A stretch of DNA of 64,000 bases, taken from assembly GCF_000143415.4 (NCBI RefSeq), contig NW_003314436.1, positions 56,279-120,278 of the forward strand. The letters are read 5' to 3'. This DNA is from Selaginella moellendorffii. Taxonomy: Eukaryota; Plantae; Lycopodiophyta. Positions 13,200 to 23,402 of the stretch are shown piece after piece (within the stretch, counting starts at the first letter, position 1; each line of letters starts with the position of its first letter). A program made the translations under genes and the position numbers. A model generated the notes under the pieces. The model saw only the letters and a program-made list of their open reading frames with translations, searched no databases and had not been told where the DNA came from.

Positions 13200-13720
13200 A
13201 AAAGGAACTAGCACTTCCATTTCCACATTAAATCTACCAATTCTTTCATTGTATAGACCAATTATTCCGTGTTCGGACTGAATCTATTGAGGGGAATTAG
13301 CACTTCCATTTCCACATTGAATCTACTAATCCTTCCATTGTGTAAATTAGTTATTCTATGTTTGCACTGAATCTACTAATCATTCTATTGTGTAAAATTA
13401 GTTATTCCATGTGAAAGAACTACATATTTTCGTCCTTCCATTCAATCCTTCCATTGTGTAAACCAATTATTCCATGTCTGCATTAAATTTACCAATTCTT
13501 TTATTGTGTAGATCAATTATTCCATGTCCGCATTGAATCTACCAATCCTTTTATTGTGTAGACTAATTATTCCATATGAGAGGACTAAATATCTTTGTCC
13601 TTCCATTCAATTCTTCTATTATTTAGATTAGTTAGTTCATATGAGACAACTAAATACCTTTATCCTTCTATTGTGTAAATTAGTTATTCTATATAAGACA
13701 ACTAAATACCTTTGTTTATG
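13200..13720. repeat. Minisatellite of ~50-bp units (CCACATTGAATCTACCAATCCTTCCATTGTGTAGACCAATTATTCCATG) inside the LINE
   Basis: About 8 diverged units are visible directly. Confidence 0.8.
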
Positions 13721-14244
13721 ATGCTTTAGAAGAGAAAGGACATATGCATGGATGCCCAATACATAGAGGTAGGAATATACCTTATTAAAAAATATATTAT
13801 ATTTTAAGTAGTTATTAATCAATGAGAATTGAACTCGTGCCATTTACTCCAATACCACATATAACATGCCCTATCTCTCCTCTTAAGCCAATTGGAAAAG
13901 GGGTAATTGCTTGATGAGAGAACCCATATTTATTCCTCAAGATTCTAAGGATCCATGGTAATCTCATCCCATAATCACATGCATTACAAGTGGAAAGCTC
14001 ACACTCAATCAAAAGGCTTTCCAATACATCTATGTAGAGTTAAGGAGAGTGGGCATCCTTGTTTGACACTGGTGTCATAGGGGATTATTGCTTGTCTAGT
14101 GAGCTTGGCTTGAATAAAAGTGTAAAAGTGCTTTATGGCATTGATGATATCAACTAATGGATTGAGTTCCTTTAGTTGTTGGAAAAGCAAGTGTCTTAGT
14201 ACAATGTCAAAAGCCTTTTTAAAATTCACAAAATAGTAGAAAAA

Positions 14245-14484
14245 TGTAAGCCCTAAATTTGGACTTCCTAAGAGGTTATCAATCCCAGTACTATTCAAAC
14301 CCAAAGACGCTTAACCCTAAGTATCCCAAAACCTTTAATCAATTGGAAAAAAGGGTGCATTCTTGTTCATAGGCCCTTTTCCTTTATATTTGAAACTCAT
14401 AGATCATCTCTCGAATCATTTTCTTTGATTGCTTACAATCAATGCCTCTTTTTGCATAGGAGTGATTGACTAGGATTCAAAACA
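14245..14484 (-). mobile_element. ~240-bp TG...CA-bounded insertion (solo-LTR/TRIM-like) inside the LINE RT
   Basis: Interrupts the RT just before FVNFKKAFD; reads TGTTTTG...GGCTTACA on the minus strand; carries the dispersed-repeat core. No TSD seen. Confidence 0.5.
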
Positions 14485-16347
14485 TAATTAGGTGGTTTGT
14501 GTAGCTTTTATATGGGCAAAAGCTAGTCTAACCCCATGCACGCACATGTGTTGTTCTAGTAGTACTACATGTTTTATCATCCATGTTGTTGGGAAGCTAG
14601 TGCTAGCTATATTGTTGAAAATTGCCTCAAGGAAATTTTTATCCACGGGCAGCACTATCTCTACAATGAGTTTTTGTACATCATGTCTTGGTAGTTTTCA
14701 AATAGCATTGATAATGTCCTTTGTAGAGAAGGTGGCCATCCTCTCGTGTTGCTATGTCAAGACTAGTGGTGTAGCAGTGTTGTAAAACTTGTGGAGGTAT
14801 GCCACCCAAACATTGCTGAGTATCGTGATTACTCAAGGTTTGCAGAAGATCCTATGTGCCTAGGCAGGGTTAGTGTGGAGGTCCTTGATTTGTTCATCAT
14901 TGATATGCTTGATATATATTCTTTTCTTCCTTTGGTAGAGCTATCAAAAAGTGTGTCTCACCTTGGCTAGGTCTACTACCCCCACATGTAACTCTTGTCA
15001 TTTGGTGGCAAGTGCTATAAAGCATTCTGCATCCCACTAGTGAGCCTTTAGGAACTTGGTAGCATATTTGACTTTGTGTAGGGCAAAAATGTCTATGGCT
15101 GCTGTGACAAGGTCTGGACCACTACATGTTGGTCTAGTGTAGGCATGCTAAGACTCTTGGAATTTTTCTTAAAACTTCGGGATGTCTTATGAGTGGACAT
15201 GGCCCAGGGCAGTGGAGACGTGAAGTGGACTTCTAATGCTGTCTTGGACTAGTGAGATGTTGAATGGGCAATGGCATGAAATCTTGGAATTAAGAAAGTC
15301 TTGGAGGTGGTAGTCAACCACAATATCAATTGCAACTTGTGAGATGAGAATGTAGTCATTGCCATTCCACATCATGCATCCCTGTAGTTGGCTAGGGTTC
15401 GATGCCATTCACAATGAGCAATTGCATTGCCATGCAAAAGTTGAGAAGTTTAACACCACTTTGGAGGAGTTTCTTGTCTTTGGTGTGTGTGTGCTAAAGG
15501 TTGTTTGGTGCTTTGGTCAAGTCACTTCCTTGCTCAGCAAGAGCCTGGCTTGACCCCCAAGCATTGCAATTGTGACTTGTGTGTGCCACTGTTTGATCGT
15601 CTGGGCTAGATGGTCAAAGGGTGAGTATTGTTTGCCATTGTGGACAATGAGAAGTAGCAGCCAATCATGACCAATTGTTCGCTGGTGTTCAACTAAAGCC
15701 TGAGCAGTGAAGTTCATGGCAAGGTCATGGATGACATCCTAGAGGTGTATGGCTTACTGGACACATATGCAAGTCCCCCCAAGTCCTTTACTGAGTGGAT
15801 CTGCATGCATATGGGGTGTGGAGTATGCAATGTACCCAGGGTATTGTTGGATTCTCCCATGTCTCACTAAAGATCATGATGTTATACCTTCTCATTCTGC
15901 TCAATTTGCTTCCATGATCTATTGTCAGCCTTCAGATGTTCCGTGTTACAACTGAGATTCACTGTCTCCTGATCTAGTGGGGGCACTCTCTTGCATTTTT
16001 GTCTGGGCATGGTGATGTGCAAAAAGAAAAGCTATATATGGGCTGAATTGGACATTTCTACATCTTGTCTTTTACTAATTGTATGATTGGCAATAAGAAC
16101 CATACAGTCCAAGAGGTGGCCGTATTGTGGTAAGATTTAGTGGTGAGAATTCTACGTCGTGGCTTGAAGCTTAGCAGACACGCACTTTATTCACATGTTT
16201 TTAAGATTTAGGTTCGGGCTATTTCAACAATGACGCTATTCCAGCCATAGCATCAAAGAAGTGAAAAGCTTAGATTTTCTGCTGCTGTAATTCTTATTCC
16301 GAAGTGACTCGAAACAACCCCAAAAGCCTGTTTAGCTGCTTGGTGAG

Positions 16348-18195
16348 CTAGAAACTCGAAACAAGCGGTTGATCCTCTTGGGCAATCCCAGCAGGGCAAT
16401 TGAGATCCTCGCTCCAAATCTCACTTCCCACACAGTGCCGGCATCTAAACATCCCCGCCGGATCAGCCCTCCGCTTGATCGCTAGCAATCGCGGATAGCT
16501 CGCCCCAAAGAACGTCCTCTGCCACCGCGGCTCGTTAAAATCCCCCTCGTTCCCATACGCCCCCGATCCTGGAGTAAGATCCACTAGGAATTGATTCGCG
16601 GCACTGACATTCCTGGCCGCGATGCGCTCCTCTTCCAGATCGCCCAGTTCCATCCAGCTGATCCCGAGGATCACATGCCACAGCGCTCTCCTCCAAGCTG
16701 GATTCACAGCGTTGTTCCTCGGGCGGCTCACGGATCCACCCGCGACGAAGATCCCGGTGATGGACACCAGCGGGAATCTGTCCTGGATCGCGATGAAAGC
16801 GTCGGCGGTGGCGTTTGGCGAGGACTGGATCGTGGCTCTTGGGATGAGCCGCGAGGCGAGCAAGAGAGGGATTCCAGCGGTGGCGAGCGATTGCGTGGTG
16901 GAGGAGTTGAGCTCGCGGCAATCCGGCGCGCCGCCGCACTGGATCACGAGGTGCCACTGCTGGAACGAGGGGAAATTCTGCAAGCTCGCGTTCAGCTGGA
17001 TCGATGATCCACTGGACTGCGCGAATCTCTCCAGCGGCGCGAGCGTGGCGTTGGCGAAGGAGACATTCCTGTTGGGCAGGAGATAGGTCATGCTGAGAGC
17101 CGTGACATTGCTCATGGCGAACACGCCCGACCACCCGGCCCTCTCCAGCGATGGATGGAGCTCCGTGAATTTCACCAGGAGATCCCGGAACGCTCTCCTG
17201 GACGATGCCATGAAGCTATAGCTCGCATACACGATGTTCGTGAGAGGTGGATAGAGGCGATGGGTGAGAGAGACCACGACTCCAAACGTTCCACCCCCGC
17301 CGCCGCGCAGAGCCCAGTAGAGATCGCGGTTCTGGCAGCGATTCGCGACGATCAATCGCCCATCGGCAGTGACGAGCTTGAGCTCAAGAACATTGTCCGC
17401 GGCTAGACCGTGGAGCGGCGAGAGAGGGCCATGCCCGGCGCCCATGGGATTCCCGCCAGCGCCGCCCACCGAGGAAGATCCGCCGCCCACCACGACATGG
17501 TTTCGATTGAACGCCGCCGCGTAGAGATCCTCCCACTGGATCCCCGCCCCGATGGTCATCGCCGGAGGATCCTCGGCCCGGATGGTGCAGCCCATCGGCG
17601 CGAATTTCTCGTGGTAGACGATCTCTCGCAAGTTGTGCGTCCAGATCATGAGAGCTCCCGGCGCGGTGGATCGCCCCAGGTAGTCGTGGCCGGTGTTCTT
17701 GATCACGATCCGGAGATTCCTGGCCTGGGCGAGCGCGATCGCGGCCTGGATGTGGCGGGATTCCGTGGCATTCACCGCGTAGGTGGCGACAGAGCCCTGG
17801 AAGCAAGTGGAGTTCCTGGGCGAATTGATCAAGCAGGTGAATCGGCCGAGGGCTTCCCAGTTGCTGGCTTGCATCGCGCCGGGCTGATCGGCGCGCCAGA
17901 ATGGAAAGCCCCATCGCTGCTGCGCGGTCCTGCAGGCCTGCGCGTTGAAGTTGGGATCGTGGCAGGGGGAGGCTGGAGGGGAGAGCGCGATGAGGCGGCC
18001 ATCGATGGATCGATTGAAATCCTGCCAGGATTGGGCGCTGGGCCAGCAGCTGCTATTGAATGCCGTGCATCGGCAGGATTGGTTCGCCTCCAACTCGTGA
18101 TAGATCGAGGAGGGTGCTGCCAATTGCAAGGAAATCGCGATGATCGAGAGGAAAACTGCTAGAAATGCTGGCCTGTGGATCGTTAACGACGGCAT
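16348..18195 (-). CDS. Secreted FAD-linked oxidoreductase (VAO/PCMH fold with BBE C-terminus), fungal-type; intronless
   Basis: Signal peptide after Met 18195; CWPS..W..FN.S..GRL; IKNTGHDYLGRS (covalent-FAD His); DLYWALRGGGGGTFGVV; GAYGNEGD..W...FFG.SYPRLLAIK...DP...F.C..CVGSE.W. Confidence 0.9.
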   Translation of the reverse strand: MPSLTIHRPAFLAVFLSIIAISLQLAAPSSIYHELEANQSCRCTAFNSSCWPSAQSWQDFNRSIDGRLIALSPPASPCHDPNFNAQACRTAQQRWGFPFWRADQPGAMQASNWEALGRFTCLINSPRNSTCFQGSVATYAVNATESRHIQAAIALAQARNLRIVIKNTGHDYLGRSTAPGALMIWTHNLREIVYHEKFAPMGCTIRAEDPPAMTIGAGIQWEDLYAAAFNRNHVVVGGGSSSVGGAGGNPMGAGHGPLSPLHGLAADNVLELKLVTADGRLIVANRCQNRDLYWALRGGGGGTFGVVVSLTHRLYPPLTNIVYASYSFMASSRRAFRDLLVKFTELHPSLERAGWSGVFAMSNVTALSMTYLLPNRNVSFANATLAPLERFAQSSGSSIQLNASLQNFPSFQQWHLVIQCGGAPDCRELNSSTTQSLATAGIPLLLASRLIPRATIQSSPNATADAFIAIQDRFPLVSITGIFVAGGSVSRPRNNAVNPAWRRALWHVILGISWMELGDLEEERIAARNVSAANQFLVDLTPGSGAYGNEGDFNEPRWQRTFFGASYPRLLAIKRRADPAGMFRCRHCVGSEIWSEDLNCPAGIAQEDQPLVSSF

Positions 18196-19041
18196 TTTTC
18201 TCGATTCCTCGATGGAAAGCTCCCAAGAGCTAGTCAAATGGATGATCTCTCTTTCTATCGGATGGATTGGTGATGAAAAGAAATGGTGATGGGAGTGGAT
18301 GGGAACGTGTTATCAATGTCTTGGACTAGTGATTTATATCGTTTCGGTGGCGAGCTTCCTAGCTATATTCTTTGAGATCCCGCGTTTCATGGATCGACGG
18401 ATCCCTCGTTTTGGACTAGAAACTTTCCATCTGGCGGGCTGGCTTTCCGGACTTTCCGGCTGTCAAAATTTCAAACTTGAAAACATATGACTTTAATTCT
18501 ATATTGATCAGTTTAATTTTTTTTTGCTTGATTTCTTCACTTCTGGCAAAGCACATTGCCTAGTCAAAGCCGCGCCAGAGTTTCTTTTAAATTTTAAGCG
18601 TTTACCATTTCCAAGTTCTTCGAATGACGTTAACGTGCTGTTTAAACATTTGACTTTATGATGTGAGAATAGATTTATAAGTGCTTAGCCATCTACCATC
18701 TACCTATATGCTGTTTTGATAGTCTTGTGATGCCCAACTGGAAGCATGCGACTAATGGATGCAAAAAATGTAAATTAAATTAATCGAGACAATGGCTTCT
18801 AGAGCTATGGTTCCACATAGTGCTTCTCAGCTAGGCGCTATGGACAAAGTCATTCAATACAATGGTCATAGCTATAAAGCCTATTGCTCACTATGACCAA
18901 GCACTACCTTCTTTCTCTTTCTCTTTGTATTTAGTTTCCACTGACACCGAGCCTTTAGTGCAAGATCACGGTAGGAGAATCTTTTTCGACTGGAGATATA
19001 TAGATTGCTACTGTGATGCCAAGTCAAAACAGAAGGACTGA

Positions 19042-21060
19042 TCAGCTCACAATTGCATCTGTAAGAAGCAAATAAGGAGCGGCATTGTCTGGATCAAGCG
19101 AAGCCGCCCTCTCCGCCGCAGAAGAACCAAACTTTCGCCGGTGATCGACGCCTGTTCTCCAAGTGTTTAAGAAGCTCGTCCAAGCCACGGCACCCGGGGT
19201 GTAAGGCATGCTTGCGATGAGCTCCTCGGCCTCCCCAATCCTCCCAGCACGCCCCAAAACATCCACCAGGCACTCGTAGTGATCCACCACCGCCGCAAGC
19301 CCACGATCAAAGCCCATGGATCTCAAGTAGCTCTTGCTCTTCTCAACAAGCCCAGCATGGCTACACGCAGCTAGAACACTGATGAAAGTTATCTCGCTCG
19401 TGTCAACGCCCTCCACGTCCATGGTCTTGAGAAGCTCCAGAGCCTCCATGTTTCGGCCGTTTTGCGCGTAAACCGCGATCATCCCATTCCAGGAAATGGT
19501 GTTTCTGTGCGGCATTGTGTCAAAGACGTGCCTGGCTCGCCCGAGGTGGCCACACCGCCCATACATGTTGACCAGGGCGCTGACCACAACCACGTTTGAC
19601 TGCTGGCCGGAGTCAACGGCCCTCGCATGGACGTGCTGACCAGCGGCAGCGCTCCCCAGCGTCCCGCATGCCTCCAGAACGATAGGAAACGTTGTTGACT
19701 CAAGGTCAATGACCCGTTGACACATGGTCAAGAAGAGCTGAATGGCGTCCTTGCATTGACCGTTCCGGGCATATGCCTGGATCATAGCGTTCCATGAGAC
19801 AACGTCGTGAAAAGGCATTTTATCGAAGAATATTCTAGCTTGTTCGAGATGACCGCGCTCGCCATACAGTGTGATCATCGTGTTCCATGAGATGGAGTTG
19901 GGCTCTGGCATGACGGTGAAAATTTCGTAGGATTCTTCAAGATGGCCTCTTTGGGCATAAGCTTGCAACAAAGCGTTCCAAGAAACAGTGTTTCTCTGCG
20001 GCATTCTGTTGAACATCTCCTTAGCTTTTTCAGGGAGCCCGCTTTCGGCGTAAGCGGTGATCATGGCATTGAACGATACAATGTTTCTTTGGGGCATTTT
20101 TTCGAACAGCTCTTGTGCCGTCTCGAGGTCCCCGTTTTGGGCGTGTGCAGCAACAATGCAGGTCCACGAGAAGACATCACCATCTGGAGAGTCTTCAAAC
20201 GTTCTCATGGCCTTTTCCATATCCCCGTTTTGAAAGTAGGCTGTGATCATCACATTCCAGGAAGTGACATCGTTTTCTGGCATTTGATCAAAGAGCTCTT
20301 TAGCTTCACTGACATAGCCGTGCTGAGAATATGCCGTCATCAGCATGTTCCAGGAGAAGGAATCTCTCTCGGGCATGACATCAAACGCTTGCTTGGACTT
20401 TTCAAGATGCCCAGTCACGGCATACACTCTTACAATGCTTGTCCACGTCACAATGTCGTGCTGCGGCATCTCGTGGAACAAAAGCAGAACCTCCTCGACA
20501 TTCCCTGCTTGGACGTTTGCCTGAAGCATGAGATTCCACGACAAGACGTTTTTCTCTGGCATATTGTCAAAGAGTTGTTTAGATTCCTCAAGATGCCCAC
20601 TAAGTGCATATGCAGCTAATAAAGAATTCCAGGATACTGAGTTCCACTCTGGCATTCTCTCGAATATAATCTTCGCCTCGTCCAATTGATCGTTTTGGCA
20701 GAATGCCGTCAATATTGCGGTCCACGACACAATGTCCCAGACCGGCATGCTCTCAAACACCCGCTTAGCATCGGAAATATGCCCATTATGGGCATACGCC
20801 GTAAGAAGGATGTTCCAGGAGAAAAGATTCGGCCCGTGCATGCTCTCAAAGGCCTGACTAGCATCCCTGGTGCTACCACATTTTCCATACATTTCGATGA
20901 TCAGATTCCCGAGGTATCTATTCCGGCAGTACTTGCCACACAAAACTCGAGCATGGATCTTCTTGGCTTCGGAAAGATTCCTTGAGATTCCCTGTGATTT
21001 GAGTAGCGACGCTAGGCTTTGGATCTCTGCAAGACGAGAATTCTCCCGGGAAAGTTGCAT
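19042..21060 (-). CDS. PLS-class pentatricopeptide repeat protein with a long 31-aa SS-repeat array, ending in E motifs with no DYW
   Basis: Repeats of the form F..MP..DVVSWN.MITAYAQNG..EA; P2-L2-S2 (TFISVLAACSHAG, HYECLVDVLGRAG); E1/E2 (MPYTPGAVAW..APYLLL). Confidence 0.93.
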   Translation of the reverse strand: MQLSRENSRLAEIQSLASLLKSQGISRNLSEAKKIHARVLCGKYCRNRYLGNLIIEMYGKCGSTRDASQAFESMHGPNLFSWNILLTAYAHNGHISDAKRVFESMPVWDIVSWTAILTAFCQNDQLDEAKIIFERMPEWNSVSWNSLLAAYALSGHLEESKQLFDNMPEKNVLSWNLMLQANVQAGNVEEVLLLFHEMPQHDIVTWTSIVRVYAVTGHLEKSKQAFDVMPERDSFSWNMLMTAYSQHGYVSEAKELFDQMPENDVTSWNVMITAYFQNGDMEKAMRTFEDSPDGDVFSWTCIVAAHAQNGDLETAQELFEKMPQRNIVSFNAMITAYAESGLPEKAKEMFNRMPQRNTVSWNALLQAYAQRGHLEESYEIFTVMPEPNSISWNTMITLYGERGHLEQARIFFDKMPFHDVVSWNAMIQAYARNGQCKDAIQLFLTMCQRVIDLESTTFPIVLEACGTLGSAAAGQHVHARAVDSGQQSNVVVVSALVNMYGRCGHLGRARHVFDTMPHRNTISWNGMIAVYAQNGRNMEALELLKTMDVEGVDTSEITFISVLAACSHAGLVEKSKSYLRSMGFDRGLAAVVDHYECLVDVLGRAGRIGEAEELIASMPYTPGAVAWTSFLNTWRTGVDHRRKFGSSAAERAASLDPDNAAPYLLLTDAIVS

Positions 21061-21105
21061 ATAACAAAAACCCGGAAAGTTTGTAAAATTGAAAATCCAA
21101 AAGGA

Positions 21106-21583
21106 TTAACAACTGAAGGAAGTGTACGAAGTGTACAAATGCCCTGACGCATATCCCCCGCCATCGGTGTCAATCGTGTTGAAAGCATCCGTCTCTAAAT
21201 CCAAGCCTCCATTGCTGCTCTGATCCAAAACTCTCACCACGATTTGAGCTCCAGTGGCAATATTCGTCACCTTCAAAAAAAAAAGAGAGATTGAGAGATC
21301 CAAAGTTCTCATCCTATAACTATACTACCTCGAGACATTGTCCACACATTTGGGGACCCATTCCCAGTGAAGCATCCATCGCAGTCCATTTGTACTGAGA
21401 TCTCCAAGAGAGTGGCTGATGCGCGCTATAAGTTGCGCAGTAGAGGCCATCTAGCTGATAATTTTTGGCTGCTGGATCATACTGGTTGTACGTTGTGTAG
21501 ACTTGAGCCTGCCCTCTCGGGGCCAGGAGAAACAATGAGAGAAAAAGGATTGCTTCAAGGAAATGTGAGGAGAGTGCTGCCAT
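21106..21583 (-). CDS. PR4: Barwin / PR-4 family protein (class II, secreted); exons 21583-21329 and 21270-21106
   Basis: Signal peptide; YCATY..LSWRSQYKWTA, CGQCLEVTN..TGAQ..VRVLDQ.SNGGLDL, IDTDG.GY..GHL; GT-AG intron 21328-21271. Confidence 0.9.
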
Positions 21584-21850
21584 GGAGGAGATTTGGAAAT
21601 TTGCTTCTTCTGTTTGCACGGATGTTGTCTCGGTTTATATTGGAGATCACACTTGTAAGCTAGCGAATTAAAAAATGTCGATCTCGAGGGTTTTGTAATT
21701 TATGTTGTATTTGCTGGAACTGTTGCTTATATTAATGCCCCCAACGTATTAAAGAAATAAAGTTATCCCAAGCTCTTCTTTGTCTACAAGGCACCGTTTG
21801 AAGAATATAATTCTTATGCTTTTCTAACACCACCTTTCTTTACCAATTGA

Positions 21851-22972
21851 CTAGCGGTCGCTAAAAGGATATAAGCTCGAGTAGCTCTGATTTACGTGAT
21901 GCTGATGAGCCACTGGAGCGAAGCCCTTCCCCGGCGCTATCACTGGATTCACTACTGCCGCTGGCGCTGGGCTCCCCATAGCTTGGCGAGCATGGACTAG
22001 AGGCGAGTCCCGGAATCTGGAAGGAGACATGGCTGCCCGAGCACTGCGAGGAGAGTCGTCGAGAAGAGCCGAGTTCCGGGTCGGGCTCCTGGATCCCGAC
22101 CGTGGCTGCTGCTCGGAGAAATGCTGCTGCCTTGCAATGCTGATAGCACTTCCTTCCGGAGGCGAGCGAAACACTGCAGTCACGGAGGCTTGATCCGGCA
22201 CGAACGGGGTCGAGGAGAGCGGGATGCAAGCCGGCGGTAGTCTCTGCGGGGACATGGAGCGAGCGACGGGAGTGAAGTGGAACTCGTGGTTGCCGAAAAG
22301 AATGGCGGCCTCGTCGTCTACGTCCAGAGACTCCGGAAGTTTGCTCGCGTCCACCCCCTGGAAAGCTGCGGCAACGTCCATCCCTGGTCCTAGATTATCC
22401 CTGGCGGCTCTCATCGCTGGCACGAGTGGAACTCCGATCCCGTTGAGAGCATCGATGAACTGCTGATCCGAGCTCCTTCCAGTCGCCGAGTGGTGGTCAC
22501 CGAAGCTCTCTTCACTGCTATGCTGCTTGTCCGGGAAGAGAAACACTCGCAGCCGAGCAGCTGGATCTCTTTGCATCAACCTGTCGTACTCTTCCATCAT
22601 GTTGTCCAGATCTTCGTCGGACTTTACCGAAACCAGCGCGTCTAGATCCTCACCTGGGAGCTGGTACTTGAACAGCATGGATTTCCCGGTCAGCTTTCGC
22701 AACTTTTGCAGGAGCTCGCGCAGAGTGATGGCTCTGTCCACGACAACTATCCGGGTCTCTCCACCCATGTATCTCAGCTGGCTGTCATTGGGCCGAGGAA
22801 GGATCTTTCCACCATAGCTACACATGAGCTTGACCCGGATGTTGCTTAGCTCGTCGGACTTTGTGGAGGAGTCTGACCTGGGAGACGAAGCAGCGACTCC
22901 AGGAGAAGGAGAAAGCTGCCATAGCTGCGAGCCTTGTCCGGAATCGCCCTCGAGCTTCTCCGAGTGACCCAT
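21851..22972 (-). CDS. PB1 (octicosapeptide/Phox/Bem1p) domain protein
   Basis: VKLMCSYGGKILPRPNDSQLRYMGGETRIV..KYQLPGEDLDALVSVKSDEDLDNMMEEYDR..RLRVFLF; intronless. Confidence 0.92.
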   Translation of the reverse strand: MGHSEKLEGDSGQGSQLWQLSPSPGVAASSPRSDSSTKSDELSNIRVKLMCSYGGKILPRPNDSQLRYMGGETRIVVVDRAITLRELLQKLRKLTGKSMLFKYQLPGEDLDALVSVKSDEDLDNMMEEYDRLMQRDPAARLRVFLFPDKQHSSEESFGDHHSATGRSSDQQFIDALNGIGVPLVPAMRAARDNLGPGMDVAAAFQGVDASKLPESLDVDDEAAILFGNHEFHFTPVARSMSPQRLPPACIPLSSTPFVPDQASVTAVFRSPPEGSAISIARQQHFSEQQPRSGSRSPTRNSALLDDSPRSARAAMSPSRFRDSPLVHARQAMGSPAPAAVVNPVIAPGKGFAPVAHQHHVNQSYSSLYPFSDR

Positions 22973-23402
22973 CTAAGTCTAGAAAACTTAAAGCCTGACC
23001 TTGCTCAATCCTCCTTTCTTCCGTCGTTCCATTCCTGCACACACAGAACCATAGCTCTTGTCAGCTCCATCATGATCGAAGAGAAAGGAATAAAAAAGGA
23101 AGGAGAAAACACTCCAAAAGAGAATGCACCCCACCAAAAAAATTGACAAAGGAAGACAAAGCATCAGCATCCTACATTGTTTGCATCCCGACACTTTCTG
23201 AGAGAGCAATCTAAAATAAGAAGACTCACCCATTTGTTCGTGTCCATTGAAACCTTACCAAGAGGGGCTCTTCTTATTACCATGCTCTTCAACCTACCTA
23301 GGAAAAAAAACTGGTTTTTACAACTCAGGATATAAAACACTGGATGGTACATCCGCAAGAAACTCATCAGCCCAAAGGAACCAAAAGTAAGCAAAACTTA
23401 CT

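Larger units (their letters stand above)
11990..16020 (-). mobile_element. Decayed non-LTR retrotransposon (LINE; APE endonuclease + RT) interrupted by inserts at ~13160-14020 and 14245-14484
   Basis: YFVNFKKAFD and VKQGCPLS (14005-14240); HLMLYANN, a decayed YADD (~13100), followed by NLKINLTK; endonuclease-like remnants at 15200-15720; many stops. Ends approximate. Confidence 0.75.

Noticed and set aside
13200-13720. CRISPR-like appearance of the repeated units
   Set aside because: Eukaryotic context, head-to-tail diverged units, no unique spacers and no cas genes.
16535-18162. Long antisense and alternative-frame ORFs over GC-rich genes (also 1638-2078, 19942-20619, 39956-40588, 45247-45810)
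   Set aside because: Shadow ORFs caused by codon bias; no motifs.
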